From positions 28,348-92,347 of IMG/VR virus record IMGVR_UViG_3300042010_000040: 64,000 bases of DNA; one strand, written 5' to 3'. Below, in pieces: positions 63,768-64,000 of the stretch. The notes beneath the pieces were generated by a model, which searched no databases, was not told the DNA's origin, and worked only from the letters and a program-made list of their open reading frames with translations. The position numbers were made by a program, and so were the translations under genes. The DNA comes from a virus. Numbering within the stretch: position 1 is the stretch's first letter; the number at the start of each line of letters is the position of its first letter.

Positions 63768-64000
63768 ACAAACCTACTCGCTGATACTCCTCATCCATAC
63801 ACATAGCAAACGGCTCAAGCTCAGCTTTCTTGATATTGCATGGAAGCTTATCTAGTACAGATAATAGCTCAGATGTCTTATGAATCTTTCCTGTGCGGAA
63901 GGTGTATTCTGAGCAAAGCGCTTTGAAGTGAGCATAGAGCCATTGGTAATTGGCTGAGGTTGAGCGACACCACTTGATAGAGGGGTGCCCAGAATGCGTG

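Overview
About 64 kb of a lytic contractile-tailed (myovirus) phage genome. The host is probably Pseudomonas, inferred from a PhaZ homologue, Rsm-type and sigma54 motifs and an overall gene order like PAK_P1/Felix-O1-type phages. Layout: (1) 1-29.9 kb, minus strand: complete morphogenesis module (tailspike, fibre, baseplate, tape measure, tube, sheath, neck, capsid, protease/scaffold, portal, terminase, second tailspike), interrupted by homing endonucleases. (2) 30.1-32.9 kb: a promoter-driven, highly structured non-coding region of about 430 nt, an HNH gene and a 415-aa PolA/T7-RNAP-like minimal polymerase. (3) 33.2-49.4 kb, plus strand: accessory and metabolic genes (PhoH, ClpP-like protease, dCMP deaminase, HEXXH peptidase, mcl-PHA depolymerase, two small baseplate-fragment genes). 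(4) 49.4-50.15 kb: non-coding convergence region with two sigma54 consensus sites and a branched inverted-repeat structure. (5) 50.2-64 kb, minus strand: small early-type genes behind repeated strong sigma70 promoters. No canonical tRNA, CRISPR array, integrase, lysin or core replication genes were recognised. The best leads are the ncRNA cluster (RsmZ-like sponge, tRNA-like RNA, kissing-loop RNA), the phage PhaZ, the baseplate-fragment mini-genes, the minimal polymerase and the sigma54 sites. All assignments come from reading the sequence by eye and recalled family motifs; no searches or folding programs were run.
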